From: the human T2T-CHM13v2.0 reference genome, Homo sapiens
Reading direction: 5' to 3' (one strand)
DNA: 64,000 nucleotides
Assembly (NCBI RefSeq): GCF_009914755.1
Contig: NC_060931.1
Position numbers and translations under genes: made by a program. Positions 32,869-46,781 of the stretch are shown one piece after another. How positions within the stretch are numbered: the first letter of the stretch is position 1; each line of letters opens with the position of its first letter. The notes beneath the pieces were generated by a model. That model was given only the letters and a program-made list of their open reading frames with translations, ran no database searches and was not told where the DNA came from.

Positions 32869-35480
32869 TGTAGCAGACATTCTCCCAACCATTTTTCAAA
32901 GATCTTAAATGTTAGTGCGTTTCTACCAACCTCCGACTACCAGTTGGAAAGGTCTTTTCCAGAACTGTAGAAGGCAATACTTCTTGTGCACCTGAAACAA
33001 GCTGTAAGTGCTGGAAAATTGACAACACTCAGCATCAGCATGCATCACTGATTCTCAGGTTTGATATGTAAATACTGAGGCTTCCACTCCCCTTGTGTGG
33101 AACAATTCAGATATATTTATTTTGTACCATATCCTACCAGGATTAAGCTCTTTCCCACCATAGAAGGTGGCTCAATAGTATGCATATTAGCTGCTTTCAT
33201 TTTTTTTTTTTTTTAATAATTTCCCCACTTTCCTACTGATGTACCCTGCATCTCTCAAATAAACTGCTTTCACTCACTTTGGCTTATGATCCTCTACCAG
33301 AGACACCTAGCTTAAGAATGTGGGTGCCAGAAGAGTTTCTAGGAAGCAGATACTCTGGATGAAATTCTGGAACTGGCTAATTCTCCAGAAGGTGACAACC
33401 CCAGAAGGCGCTTGGTATGAGTGAGATATTAGATAACTCTTCATATGTTATAGAATAATGATGACTAAGTCTTAATCACACATGGTAAGTTAGTAAGAAA
33501 TACACGAGGAAAAGCATGAATTGACTTATGCAATCTCTCAAGCATCATAAAGATATGATGACAATGATAACTATAAGATCTATGAAGTTGGATAATTGTT
33601 ATAAAGTTTCTTCAATGTACTCAATAAAGAAAATGGCATACTTAAATCAACTGACCACCAACTCAGGGCATGGTATGAAAATTAGTATTCCTCTGTAACA
33701 GAATTTAAAGGGGCATTCATCTGCTGCAATTGTATGTCAGGACTGTTAAGAGTAATCTGAGGTTGTTTTCTCAGAAACCTAAATAAATGAGATACGTATG
33801 CTAGGACTGCAAAAAAAGGACTTGCAGAAAAAGCTTAATTTACTAACCAAGAAAATTTTCTGTGCCAGAATCAGGGCCCTCATATTGAGACACCAGGTAA
33901 TAGCATACCTACGTAGAAATGCTAGAGAACTTTGAACATCTAGTGCTCCTTAGTCTCTTGGGATGCTCAGATTTGACTTTTCTCCATGACAAAAGGAGAA
34001 AAAAGCCTCGCTTTCCTAAAAAACATTCCAAAGTCTTACTTTCCTGAAAAACACTCAGAGATCACTTCATGTGAATGGTCCACAAAATGCTGCTTGCGCT
34101 TCCACTGATTCTTACGGGTTTCAATCCAACAGGAATTTCAACCTAGCCAAATTGGACAAGTACTACTCGTTTCTTAGAAAGAAATTAATTAACCACCGGA
34201 AATGCCCTTGGATATAAGATGTTATCAGCACACTAGTAAACATGTTCAGGAATACTTCTTGAGACTGGTAGATTGCAAGGAAGGGGCGTTGCAAAATAAG
34301 GTATGGTGAACATTTGTTGATAATGAGGAGGACACTTTCTTATTTCTCAGGGCTTAACAGCCTTACAAAGACATCTGCAACCATTTATCATATGATTATC
34401 AGATATCTTCTCATAGCTTGAAAGTGCAATAGGTCATAGTAAATGAGACTTCTATGCTAGGACTGCATTGGGAGGATGCTGAGAAAGAGTTCAATGAGCA
34501 CGGAGATGTGCTTGTACTAAAGTAGATGATTATTTAAGATGAGAGAGCCTGATTACTAACTATGTGCCATGGGAGGACTCAGCAGATGCTTCCTTCCCTA
34601 TAGAGTGTAAGAAATATACTATTGAAAGTACTGCCAGTATCACGAAGAATCTCAGAGACAAAAGTTCATTTTAGTCAAAAGTTGATGAGAAGGAAAGCTG
34701 CTATGGAACCGAGCTCCCAAGTGTTATTTGGGATGCTGGCATTCTATATATGTAAATGCGAGACAAAAATAGATTGCTGTTGACCAAAATACCCATTCAG
34801 GGGCAACAATAAAAGAAACTGGTAAGGGGGAAATCCTCTTGGTGGTCACAGTTTCAAGAAGCTTACTTGGCTGTTACTTTATTTGGAGGAAGCTAGGGCC
34901 TGAGGTAAGGAGATACACTGAGCTCTGAGGCTGTTTTCTCAGAAACCTAAAAAGATCAGTTGGAAGATCAATTACAAGGAATTCTGAGGAAAAAGCAGAT
35001 ACATGGTCCCAAGAGTAGTGAACATACATTGTGAGAATCTTTCTTTTTCAGACCAAGGTCCACCAGAGACCTTTCCTGCAGATGAGATGTTTACATTAGT
35101 TGTCTCATCCAGTTGTTAACTTCTCCCCTTGGACATCACAATATGTTCATGGATGGAGTAGGCATAAAGACATGGATATGCATGGGCCTTACATACAGCA
35201 CTGTCTTATCCAGCCATTACCACCATTGATCTATCCATAGCAGAGAGAAATATTTAGATCTTGAAATGGTACCATTTGTTAACTAAACAATCTGCCATAG
35301 GGTAACAGGTGAGTGATAAAGGATTATTTTCATAATGGAAGAGTCAACACTCTGTCCTTACTGAGATTTATATATACATGATGTATGGGTTTACATGAGA
35401 TATTGCATAATCTCACCTCGAAAGAAGGAACCACTTCATGGCAAAATAAGTGACACAAAACAAAACCCCGCATGACTTTC
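32869..35480 (+). mobile_element. LTR16-type LTR (~32869-33318) followed by a degenerate ERVL (ERV3-16A3-like) internal region
   Basis: TGTAGCAGAC start; AAATAAACTGCTT...CTTAAGA LTR end; followed by PBS-like GGTGCCAGAAG and AGGAAGCAGA...TTCTGGAACTGG. Confidence 0.6.
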
Positions 35481-35498
35481 TGTACATTCATTGTAATC

Positions 35499-35500
<2 letters not shown>

Positions 35501-35536
<36 letters not shown>
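35501..35536 (+). repeat. (CA)18 microsatellite
   Basis: Read directly from sequence. Confidence 0.95.
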
Positions 35537-35538
<2 letters not shown>

Positions 35539-37391
35539 GACACAGAGAGAGATTGAGAGGCAGAAAGAGAGAGAGTTAGACTGAGATTAAATTGCCCTGG
35601 TGTTACTGTAGATTCTTTACTATAGATTGTTACTGCAGATTGTCAAACAAAACCACCTGAAAGAACAAGGTTGTTCCAGAAAAACACAAAAAACAAACAA
35701 ACAAACTATAATCCCCAAGTATCTAGAAGCTGTGCAAGAAATGATAATTATCAAACTAAAAAGATGTACTAATTGATTCAAGTAAACTGTAGGTCAGTGA
35801 TGTACCTAGTATGGTTTTTACACTTACAACAGATCATATTTAAAATCTCAGTCTATATATGAAAAAATTGTTTTCAATAAATTCATGAAATCATTATACA
35901 AATTATAATGTCCAAAAAAGAAATCCAGCCAGTGAAAATTTGTGTTTATTAAATTTTAGGTATATGTATGTGTATTTATTAAAATATTAGATTGCATATT
36001 TATAGACATTAAAATATAACACCATATATTATAGTATATAAAGTGAAAATGCAATAGATTCATAAATTTTAAATACATTAATGTATTTTTGAAATATCTA
36101 CTTATTGATTTGTAATCAACAATAAATAAGAACATTATAGTTTTTGATCTTTAATTTTTATAAATTGATTTCATGAAAATGTGTCTTCTTAGCATTTTAT
36201 GTTAAACAAAATATATATTCACGTGTCCATTTATCTTCACTCATGATTAATCCAAAACAATTTCTTTTTATTCTTTACATTCTCAAATGTTGTCTTTCAC
36301 TTGAGAAACAGATATGCAAACAGTTAAGAAAAGACTAAATGATGAGGATGAATTTGGCAGATCCTAAAATTAAGATTTTTAAAACCAACAGCAATAATAA
36401 AATCCTAGAAATTGCAATATTGTTCAATTCAGCTTTCAAATGTTTCTTTCATAAAAAATAAATAATAAAAAATAAATATTTCAAGCAGGCAGAAGAATGC
36501 CAAAATTATAAAAGCTCATGTTTGCAGTCACAATAGTATCATTTTAATTTTGAATATGCTATATAAACACAGTGCCACAGTGGTAGGAGACAGAAACTTT
36601 ACAAGGCAACACCTTGAGTAATTTCTTGTTTTTATGTTTTTAATAATATCTACTTTTATTTTAGGTTTAGGGGCTACATGTGCAGTTTTCTTACATGGGT
36701 ATAACGTGTGATGGGTTTGGGGTACAGATTATCTCATTACCCAGGTGGTGAGTATAGTAGCACAGAGGTAGTTTTTCACCACAAGGACCCGCTTTCTCTC
36801 TCCTCCCTCGAGTAGTCCCTGTGTCTATTGTTTGCATCTCTATGTCCATGTACACTCAGTGTTTAATTCCCACTTATAAGTGAAAACATGAGGTATTTTG
36901 TTTTCTGTTCTGGAATTAATTCATTTAGGATTATGGCCTCCAGCTGCATCCATGTTGCTGTAAAGGACATGACTTCATGCTTTTTGTATGGCTGCATAGT
37001 ATTCCAAGAAGTGTATGTCCCATATTTTCTTTATTCAATCCACCACTGATGGGCACCTAGCTTGATTCCATGTCTTTGCTATTGTGAATAGTGCTGGGAT
37101 GAACATAAAAGTGCATGTGTCTTTTGGGTAGAATGATTTATTTTCCGATGGGTATACATCCAGTAAAGGAATTGCAGGGTCGAATAGTAGTTCTCTTTTA
37201 AGATCTTTGAGAAATCTCCAGACTGCTTTTCACAGAGGCTGAACTAATTTTGCATTCCTACCAATGGCGTATAAACGTTTATTTTGCTCTGCAGCCTCAC
37301 CAGTATCTATTGCTTTTTGACCTTTTAATGGCCATTCTGATGAATGTGAGATTATATCTCATTGTGGTTTTGATTTGCATTTCTCTGATGA

Positions 37392-37803
<412 letters not shown>

Positions 37804-39922
37804 TTTAACGAGATTTTTTTGTATTTTGCTTGCTGACTTAAGTTCCTTATAGATCCTGGATATTAGACCTGCGTCAGATGCATAGTTTGTGAATATTCGC
37901 TCCCATTCTGTAGATTATCTGTTTATTCTGTTGATAGTTTGTTGTTGTTGTTTTTCTGCTGTGCAGAAGCTCTTTAGTTTAATTAGGTCCCACTTGTCAA
38001 TTTTCATTTTTGTTGCACTTCCTCTTGGGGACTTAGCCAAGAAATCTTTGCCAAGGCCAATATCAAGAAAGATGTTGCCTAAGTTTTCTTCTAGGATTTT
38101 TATAGTTTGAGGTCTTGCATTTAATTTTTTAATCCATCTTGTGTTGACTTTTGTGTATAGTAAAAGGTAGGAAGTCCAGTTTCTTTCTTTGGCATATGCC
38201 TATCCAGCCATCCCAGCACCATTTATTGACAGGGAATTCTTTCCACATTGCTTATTTTTGTTGACTTTTTTAACCATTAGAGAGCTCTAGGTGTGTAGCT
38301 TTATTTCTATGTTCTCTATTCTGTTCCACTGGTCTTTGTTTTTGTGCCAGCACCATGATATACTGGTTACCTTAGCTTTATAGTATAGTTCGAAGTCAGG
38401 TAATGTGATGGCTCTGGCTTTGTTCTTTTGCTTAGGATTTCCTTAGCTATTTGGGCTCTGTTTTGGTTCCATAGGAATTCCAGAGTATTTTTTCCCAGCT
38501 ATGTGGGAAATGAAGTTGACAGTTTAATAATAATAGCATTGAATCTGTAGATTGCTTTGGGCAGTATGGCCATTTTAACATTTTTTTATTTCCAATCCAT
38601 GAGCATAAAAGATTTTTCCATTTATTTGTGTCATCTATGATCTCATTCAGCAGGGTTTTGTAGTTCTCCTTTTAGAGATCTTTCACTTCCTGGATAAGCT
38701 GCATTACTAGCTATTTCATTTTCTTTGTGGCTATTGTAAATAGAATCATGTTCTTGATTTGGTTCACAGCTTGAATGTTATTGTTGTATAAAAAAGCTTG
38801 TGATTTTTGTGTTTGGATTTTGTATTCTAAAACTTTACTGAAGTTGTTATAAGTTCTAGAAAACTTTCGCTGGAGTGTTTAGGGTTTTCTAGATATAGAA
38901 TCATATTATCAGTCAAGAGAGATAGTTTAACTTCCTCTCAGATTTGGATACATTTTTTTCTTTTTCTTGCCTGATTACTCTTGCTGGCACTTCCAGTACT
39001 ATGTTGAATAGGAGTGGTGAGTGGGGGATCTCATTACAATTCTCAAGGAGAATGTTTCCAGCAATTGTTCATTCAGTATCATGTTGGCTGTTACGTTGTC
39101 ACAGATGCCTCTTATTATTTTGAGATATGTTCCTTTAATGCCTAGTCTGTTGAGGGTTTTTGTCATAAAGGTATGTTGAATTTTATTGAAAGCCTTTTCT
39201 GCTTCTATCGAAATTATCACATGGATTTTGATTTTAATTCTGCTTATATGATAAATCACATTTATTGATTTGCATATGGTGTAATAGCCTTGCATGCCAA
39301 AAATAAAGCCTTCTTGATCATGATATATTAATTATTTGATGTGGTGCTGAGTTCAATTTGTAGTATTTTGTTAAGGATTTTTCCATCTATATTCATCAGG
39401 GATTTTGGCCTGAAGTTTACTTTTTTCCTTGTGTAACTGTCATATTTTGTTTTCTTAATGATTCTGGCTGTATAGAATGAGTTCAGGAGGAGTCCCCTCT
39501 TTCTTGTTTTTTTGAATAGTTTCAGTAGCATTCACATCAGTTGTTCTTTGTACATCTGGTAGAATGTGGCTCTGAATCCATCTGGCTTGGTGCTTTCATT
39601 AATTCAGTAAGTTTGCTTATCACTTATTCAATTTCAGAACTTGGTATTGGTCAGTTCAAGTTTTCATTTACTTTCTGGTTCAATTTTGGGAGGCTTTATG
39701 TTTTGAGAAATTTATCTGTTTCCTCTAGATTTTCTCATTTGTGTGCATAGAAGTGTTCATAATACTCTTTGAGGATATTTTGTATTTCTGTGACATTGGG
39801 TATAATGTCATCTTTGTCATTGTTAATTGTACTTATTTGTGTCTTCTCCTTTTATTTCTTTGTTAATCTTTTTAACAGTCTATTATTCATATTTATTTTT
39901 TCAAACCAACTCTTGATTTCGT

Positions 39923-39925
<3 letters not shown>

Positions 39926-39956
<31 letters not shown>

Positions 39957-40236
39957 ACGGAGTCTTGCTCTGTCGCCCAGGCTGGAGTGCAGTGTGGCGC
40001 AATCTCGGCTCACTGCAAACTCTACCTCCTGGGTTCACGCCATTCTTCTGCCTCAGCCTCCTGAGTAGCTGGGACTACAGGCGCCCACCACCACGCCCAG
40101 CTAATTTTTTGTATTTTCAGTAGAGATGGGGTTTCACCATGTTAGCCAGGATGGTCTCAATCTCGTGACCTCGTGATCTGCCCACCTCGGCCTCTCAAAG
40201 TGCTGGGATTACAGGTGTGAGCCACCGCACCTGGCC
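39926..40236 (-). mobile_element. AluY/AluSc-type Alu with a long pure T tract
   Basis: Full dimer, about 30 T; TSD TTC(G/A)TTGAT. Confidence 0.9.
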
Positions 40237-42572
40237 TTCATTGATCTTTTGTATGGAGTTTTGTGTCTCAATTTCATTCAGTTCTTCTCTGATTTTAGTC
40301 ATTTATTTTCTTCTGCTAGCTTTAGAGTTGGTTTGTCCTTTTTTTTTTTCTAATTCCTTTATGTGCAATATTAGATTATTTATTTGAGATCTTTCTAACT
40401 TCTTGATAAAGACATTTTGTGTTGTATAGTTTTGTCTTAACATTGCCTTTGCTGCATCCCAATGATTTTGGTAAGTTGTGTCTCTATTTTTATTAATTTC
40501 AAAGGACATTTTGGTTTGGAGCTTACTTTCATTGTTCACATGGGTTATTCAGAAGCAAGTTGTGTAATTGCCATGTATTTATGTAGCTTTGAGAGATCTG
40601 GATATTGATTTTTATTTTTATTGCACTGTGGTCTGAAAGTGTGCTTGGTACGATTTTGATGTTTTTGAATTTATTAAGACTTGCTTATAACAAAACATGT
40701 GGTCAATCTTAGAAAATGTTTCATGTACAGATGAGAAGAATTATACTGTGGTTGTTGAGTGGAGTGTTCTGTAGATGTCTATTGGTCCAATTGATTCAGT
40801 GCCAAGTTTAAGTCTAGATTTTTTTTGTATAATTTTCTGCCTTGATAATTTTCTAATGTTATGAATGCTATGAGTGGGGTATTGAAGTCTCCCACTATTA
40901 TTGTGTGGCTGTCTAGATATTTGCATTGCTCGAGCTGGGCTGATTTTATAAATATGAGTGTTCCAATATTTGGTGCATGTATATTTAGGATAGTTGATTC
41001 TTGTTGAATTGAACTCTTCGTCATTATGTACTGCCTTTCTTTGTCCATCTTATTTGCTATTGGTTGAATGTCTGTTTTACCTGATATAAGAATAACAACT
41101 TCTGCTCTTTTTCTTTTCTGTTTGCATGGTAGATATTTATCCACCCCTTTACGTTGAGCCTGCAGGTGTTGTTACATGTGAGATAGGTCTCTTGAAGAAA
41201 GCAGAAAGTTGGGCCTTGTCTTTTTATCCAGTTTGCCACTCTATCCGTTTTAAGTGGGGTATTTGACTATTTATATTCAGTGTTAGTTTCATGCGCATCT
41301 GTATGAAGAGACCACCAAACAGGCTTTGTGTGAGCAATAAAGCTTTTAATCACCTGGGTGCAGGTGGGCTGAGTCTGAAAAGAGAGTCAGCAAAGGGAGA
41401 TAGGGGTGGGGCCATTTTATAAGATTTGGGTAGGTAAATGAAAATTACAGTCAAAGGGGGGTTGTTCTCTGGCGGGCAGGAGTGGGTGTCACAAGGTGCT
41501 CAGTAGGGGAGCTTTTGAGCCAGGATGAGCCAGGAGAAGGAATTTCACAAGACAGTGTCATCAGTTAAGGCAAGGACTGGCCATTTTCACTTCTTTTGTG
41601 GTGGAATGTCATCAGTTAAGGTGGGGCAGGGCATTTTCACTTCTTTTGTGATTCTTCAGTTTCTTCAGGCCATCTGGGCATATACGTGCAAGTCACCGGA
41701 CATGCGATGGCTTAGCTTGGGCTCAGAGGCCTGACATTCCTGCCTTCTTATATTAATAAGAAAAATAAAACAAAATAGTGTTGAAGTGTTGGGGCAGCGA
41801 AAATTTTTGGGGGGTTGTATGGAGAGAGAGAATGGGCGATGTTTCTCAGCGCTGCTTCAAGAGGGATTAGGGGCGGTGTGGGAACCTAGAGTGGGAGAGA
41901 TTAAGCTGAAGGAAGTTTTTGTGGTAAGGGGTGATATTGTGGGTTTGTTAGAAGAAACATTTGTCGTGTAGAATTATTAGTGATGGCCTGGATACGGTTT
42001 TGTATGAATTGAAAAACTAAACGGAATAAGATGAGGAGAAAAACAGGTATTAAAGGACTAAGAATTGGGAGGACCTAGGACATCTAATTAGAGAGTGCCT
42101 AAGGAGGTTCAGCATAGCCTTGCCAGCAAAGATTATTTATTTACGTTAAGACTTAAGAGTGGTGGTTTAGGGATAGCACCAGGAGATATCAGCTGTGATA
42201 GCTTGGAGAAAGGGTGTAAACCGGCAGTGTAAACAAGAGCAGGGCATGTAGGAGTAGTTGAGAATGGTGAATAGGAGTATGACTAGACAGAAAATAGTAG
42301 GGATGACAAGTTTTTTGGGGTGCAGTCTAAATTGGTCTGGTGTCTGGGATGAGACTGGGGCCTAATAAAAAGGAGCATCTATACAGGAGCTCAAATGGGC
42401 AGTACCTTGTAGCATTCTGAGGACAGGCCTGAATTCTGAGAAAGGAAAGTGGTAAAAGTATTGTCCAGTCCTTTTTAAGTTGGTGGCTGAGCTTGGTGAG
42501 ATGTGTTTTTAAAAGACCTTTAGTCTGTTCTACTTTTCCTGAAGACTGAGGTCTGTAAGGGATATAAAGGTT

Positions 42573-44330
42573 TCACTGAATACCAGGAGCCTGAAAAACT
42601 GCTTGGCTGATTTGACTAATAAAGGCTGGTCCGTTATCAGACTGTATAGAGGTGGGAAGGCCAAACCCAGGAATTATGTCTGACAGAAGGGAAGAAATGA
42701 CCGTGGTGGTCTTCTCAGACCCTGTGGGAAAGGCCTCTACCCATCCAGTGAAAGTGTCTACCCAGACTAAGAGATATTTTAGTTTTCTGACTCGAGGCAT
42801 ATGAGTAAAGTCAATTTGCCAGTCCTGGGCAGGGGCAAATCCCCGAGCTTGATGTGTAGGAAAGGGAGGAGGCCTGAACGATCCCTGAGGGGCAGTAGAA
42901 TAGCAGCTGGAACACTGAGAAGTGATCTCCTTGAGGACAGATTTCCATGATGGAAAGGAAATGAGAGGTTCTAAGAGATGGGCTAGCGGCTTGTAACCTA
43001 CATGGAAGAGGTTATGAAATGACGACAGAATAGAATGGGCCTGTGAGGCTGGCAGGAGATATTTCCCTTGGTCTAAGAACCATTTGCCTTGTGTAGGAAG
43101 AGATTGATAGGTGGAAGTTTCAGCAGGGGAGTAGGTGGGAGTGACTGATGTGAAGGAGAAAAACTGGCCGTGAGGGACAGAAGTTGGAGAGCTAGCTGCT
43201 TGTCTAGGCACCTTATCAGCATAAGCGTTGCTGTGAGAGACAGAAGTTGGAAAGCTACCTGCTTGTCTAGCCACCTTATCAGCATAAGCGTTGCCTAGAG
43301 AAATGGGATCTGGCACCTTTTGATGCCCCTTGCAGTGAATGACCCCAGCTTCCTTTGGAAGTAAAGCTGCCTTGAGCAGAGTTTTTATTAAAGAGGCATT
43401 AATGATGGAGGACCCTTGTGTAGTGAGGAAACCTCTTTCAGCCCATATGACTGCATGATGGTGCAGAATATGGAAGGCATATTTACAGTCAGTATAAATA
43501 TTGACGCGTAGTTGTTTTGTAAGAGTGAGGGCCTGAGTTAAGGCAACTAGTTCGGCTTGCTGAGAGGTAGTGGAGGGGGGCAGAGTGGTAGCCTCAATAA
43601 CAGATGTGGAAGATACTATTGCATTGTCTGCCTTTACTGGGGAGTGGCGATTAGGCCTGGTGGAACTGCCATCAATAAGCCAAGTGCAATCAGGGTGAGA
43701 AACAGGGAAGAAGGAAATGTGGCGAAATGGGGTGAACGTCAGGTGGATCAGAGAGATGCAGTCATGAGGGTCAGGTGTGGCATCTGGAATAATGTGGGAG
43801 GCCGGATTGAAGTCCAGGCCAGGAACAATGGTAACTGTGGGAGACTCAACAAAGAGTGAGTATAGCTGAAGGAGCCGGGGAGCGGAAAATATATGCATCA
43901 GGTGTGAGGAAGAAAATAGATTTTGGAAATTATGAGAGCTATAGAGAGTGAGTTGAGCATAGTTTGTGATTTTGAGGGCCTCTAAAAGTGTTAGGGTGGC
44001 AGCAGCCACTGCACGGAGACATGATGGCCAGCCTAAAACAGTAAGGTCAAGTTGTTTGGACAAAAAGGCTACAGGACACGATCCCGGTCCTTGTGTAAGA
44101 ATTCCGACTGCACAGCCCTGCATTTCAGCTGTGTGTAATGAAAAGGGTTGGGATGAGTCAGGGAAAGCTAGGGTGGGGACAATCTCTAAAGCTGTCTTCA
44201 AGGAATGGAAAGAGGAGTGGGGAAAGGATTTAGGATCTATGGGGTCAACTAGGTTTCCTTTTGTGAGTTTATGTAATGGTTTTGTTAGGATGGCAAAACC
44301 AGTTATCCAAAGGTGAAAATATCTAACCAT
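42573..44330 (-). pseudogene. HERV-H pol fragment: RT thumb/tether, RNase H and integrase up to the second catalytic Asp (585-codon open frame)
   Basis: WLIDGSS, QQAELVAL, NIYTDCKY, HCKGHQ...GNAYADK (RNase H); H-H-C-C, WQIDFTHM, IQSDNGPAF (integrase); TGA at the Trp position before SSGKVE. Confidence 0.9.
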
Positions 44331-44429
44331 GCCCAGGAAGGAAAGGAGTTGTTGTTTTGTAGAAGGTTTGAGAGATTGTTGGGGTTTGAGAGATTAGTCA
44401 GACGTGATGGGCAGGGAGAGCACGTGTGT

Positions 44430-45707
44430 TTTTATGAAGAATTATGCCGAGATAGGTAACAGATGAGGATGAAATTTGGGCTTGACTGAAGTAATGGGGG
44501 CTGTCTGTGAAGCCTTATGGCAGTACAGCCCAGGTAATTTGCTGAGCCTGATGGGTGTCAGGGTAAGTCTAAGTGAAAGCAAAGAGAGGCTGGGATGAAG
44601 GGTGCAAAGGGATAGTAAAGAAAGCATGTTTGAGATCCAGAACAGAATAATGGGTTATGGAGAGAGGTATTGAGGATAGGAGAGTATATGGGTTTGGCAC
44701 CATGGGGCAGATAGGCAAAACAATCTGGTTGATAAGGTGTAGATCCTGAACTAATGTGTAAGGCTTGTCTGGTTTTAGGACAGGTAAAATGGGGGAATTG
44801 TAAGGGGAGTTTATAGGCTTTAAAAGGCCATGCTGTAGCAGGTGAGTGATAACAGGCTTTAATCCTTTTAAAGCATGCTGTGGGATGGGATATTGGTGTT
44901 GAACTGGGTAAAGGTGATTAGGTTTTAATGAGTTGGTAAGGGGTGCATGATCGGTCACCAAGGAGGGAGTAGAGGTATCCTATACTCGTGGGTTAAGGTG
45001 GGGGGATAAAAGAGGATGATGCAAAGGAGGCTTTGGATTGGGAAGAAGGGCATCAGTGAGATGTGGCTGTAGTCCAGGAATACTCAGGGAAGCAGATAAT
45101 TTAGTTAAAGTGGCTCGGCCTAATAAGGGAACTGGGCAGGTGGGGATAACTAAAAAGGAATGCTTAAAAAAGTATTGTCTAAGTTGGCACCAGAGTTGGG
45201 GAGTTTTAAGAGGTTTAGAAGCCTGGCCATCAATACCCACAACAGTTATGGAGGCAAGGGAAACAGGGCCTTGAAAAGAAGGTAGTGTGGAGTGGGTAGC
45301 CTCCGTATTGATTAAGAAGGGGATGGACCTACCCTCCACTGTGAGAGTTACTTAGAGCATCTGTGATGGTCCTGTAGGCTTCCGAGGCAATCAGGAATTG
45401 TCAGTCTTCAGCTGCTAAGCCAAGAAGATCTGGGAAGGAGTCAGTCAGAGTCTTGGGCCAGAGTTCCAGGGGCTCTGGGAGTGGCTGCCAGGTAAGTTGA
45501 ACAGTCCAATTTTCAGTGAGGTCCCGCACAGATGGGACACAGCTTAGGAGGAATCCTGGGCTGCAGGCATTCCTTGGCCTGGTAGCCAGTTTTCTGGCAC
45601 TTGTAGCAAGCTCCTGGGGGAGGCGGGCCTGGAGGAACACCTGACCACTGCGGTTTAGGCGTTTGGAAGTTCTTGTGTGCTGGAGATGTGGCTGGGGTTT
45701 GTCTCAC
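44430..45707 (-). pseudogene. HERV-H gag NC knuckles, protease and N-terminal RT remnants
   Basis: CYKCQKTGYQAKEC...CPICAGPH; FLINTEATHS (inactive DTG site); SPYNSPILPV, LDLKHAFF; the LP*GFTDSPHYFSQA|QISSSSVTYLG junction lacks YxDD. Confidence 0.88.
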
Positions 45708-46676
45708 AGTGGAGGCAAGGAATTACAACTTTTTTCTATTATTGTACACTTTGAAGGCGAGGTTAATTAAGTCCTGTTGTGGGGTTTGAGGGCTGGAATT
45801 TAATTTTTGGAGCTTTATTTAAAGTCGGGACAGGATTGGCTAATAAAATGTATATTGAGAATAAGACGGCCTTAAAGCATCTCAGGGTTGCTGCCAAACA
45901 AGCTATGAACTGGGCTGGGTTTTTATATTTGATGAAACAGAGCCTAAACGCTATCTGATTTGGGATAAAGAAAAAGGAACATTAACTTTGACTATGTCTT
46001 TAGCTCCAGCCACCTTTTTAAGAGTTAATTGCTTGGCAGGCTGGGGAGGGCTAGTCACGGAATGAAACTGTAAGCTGGACCAGGTGTGAGGAAGGGAGGT
46101 GATTAAAGCATTATAGGGTGGAGGAGCAGAGGCTGAGGAAGAATTGGAACCTAGCTCAGCCTGGCAAGGAGGGGAGAGGTCAGATGGGTCTGTAGAAAAG
46201 GAATATTAGAAAGACTCAGTGATGCTTGGGGTTGGGACTGAGGGGACAGACGGGAGGGAAAGAAGGAAGATTTGGAACGAGTTGCATTGGGAACAGAGAC
46301 TAGGAAGGGACTGATGTGTAAAAGAATGCCTGGACGTCAGGCATCTCAGACCATTTGCCCATTTTACAACAAGAATAATTTAGATCTTGCAGGATGGAAA
46401 AAATGAAAGTGCCATTTTTTGGCTATTTGGAACCACTGTCGAGTTTGTATTAGGGTCAAGTGGCATTGTAGAAGAAAATAAGGCATTTAGGTTTTAGGTT
46501 AGGTATGAGTTGAAGAGGTTTTAGGTTTTTAAGAACACAGGCTAAGGGAGAAGAAGGAGGAATGGAGGGCGGAAGGTTGCCCATAGTGAAGGAGGCAGGC
46601 CCAGAGAAAAGAGAGTAGAGACACAGAGGGAAGGGATTTGGGGGTTCTTACCCTCCAGAAAAGTGGTAAAGGGGTC

Positions 46677-46781
46677 AGGGCACAGAAATAAGGGGTTGGG
46701 GCACAGAGATAAGAGGTCGGGGTGCAGAAATAAGGGGTTGGGGCACAGAGATAAGAGGTTCGGGCATGGAAATAACTGATT
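46677..46781 (+). repeat. Five 21-bp tandem units in the HERV-H leader (GGGGCACAGARATAAGRGGTT)
   Basis: Read directly; units alternate AAA/AGA, giving a 42-bp dimer. Confidence 0.85.
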
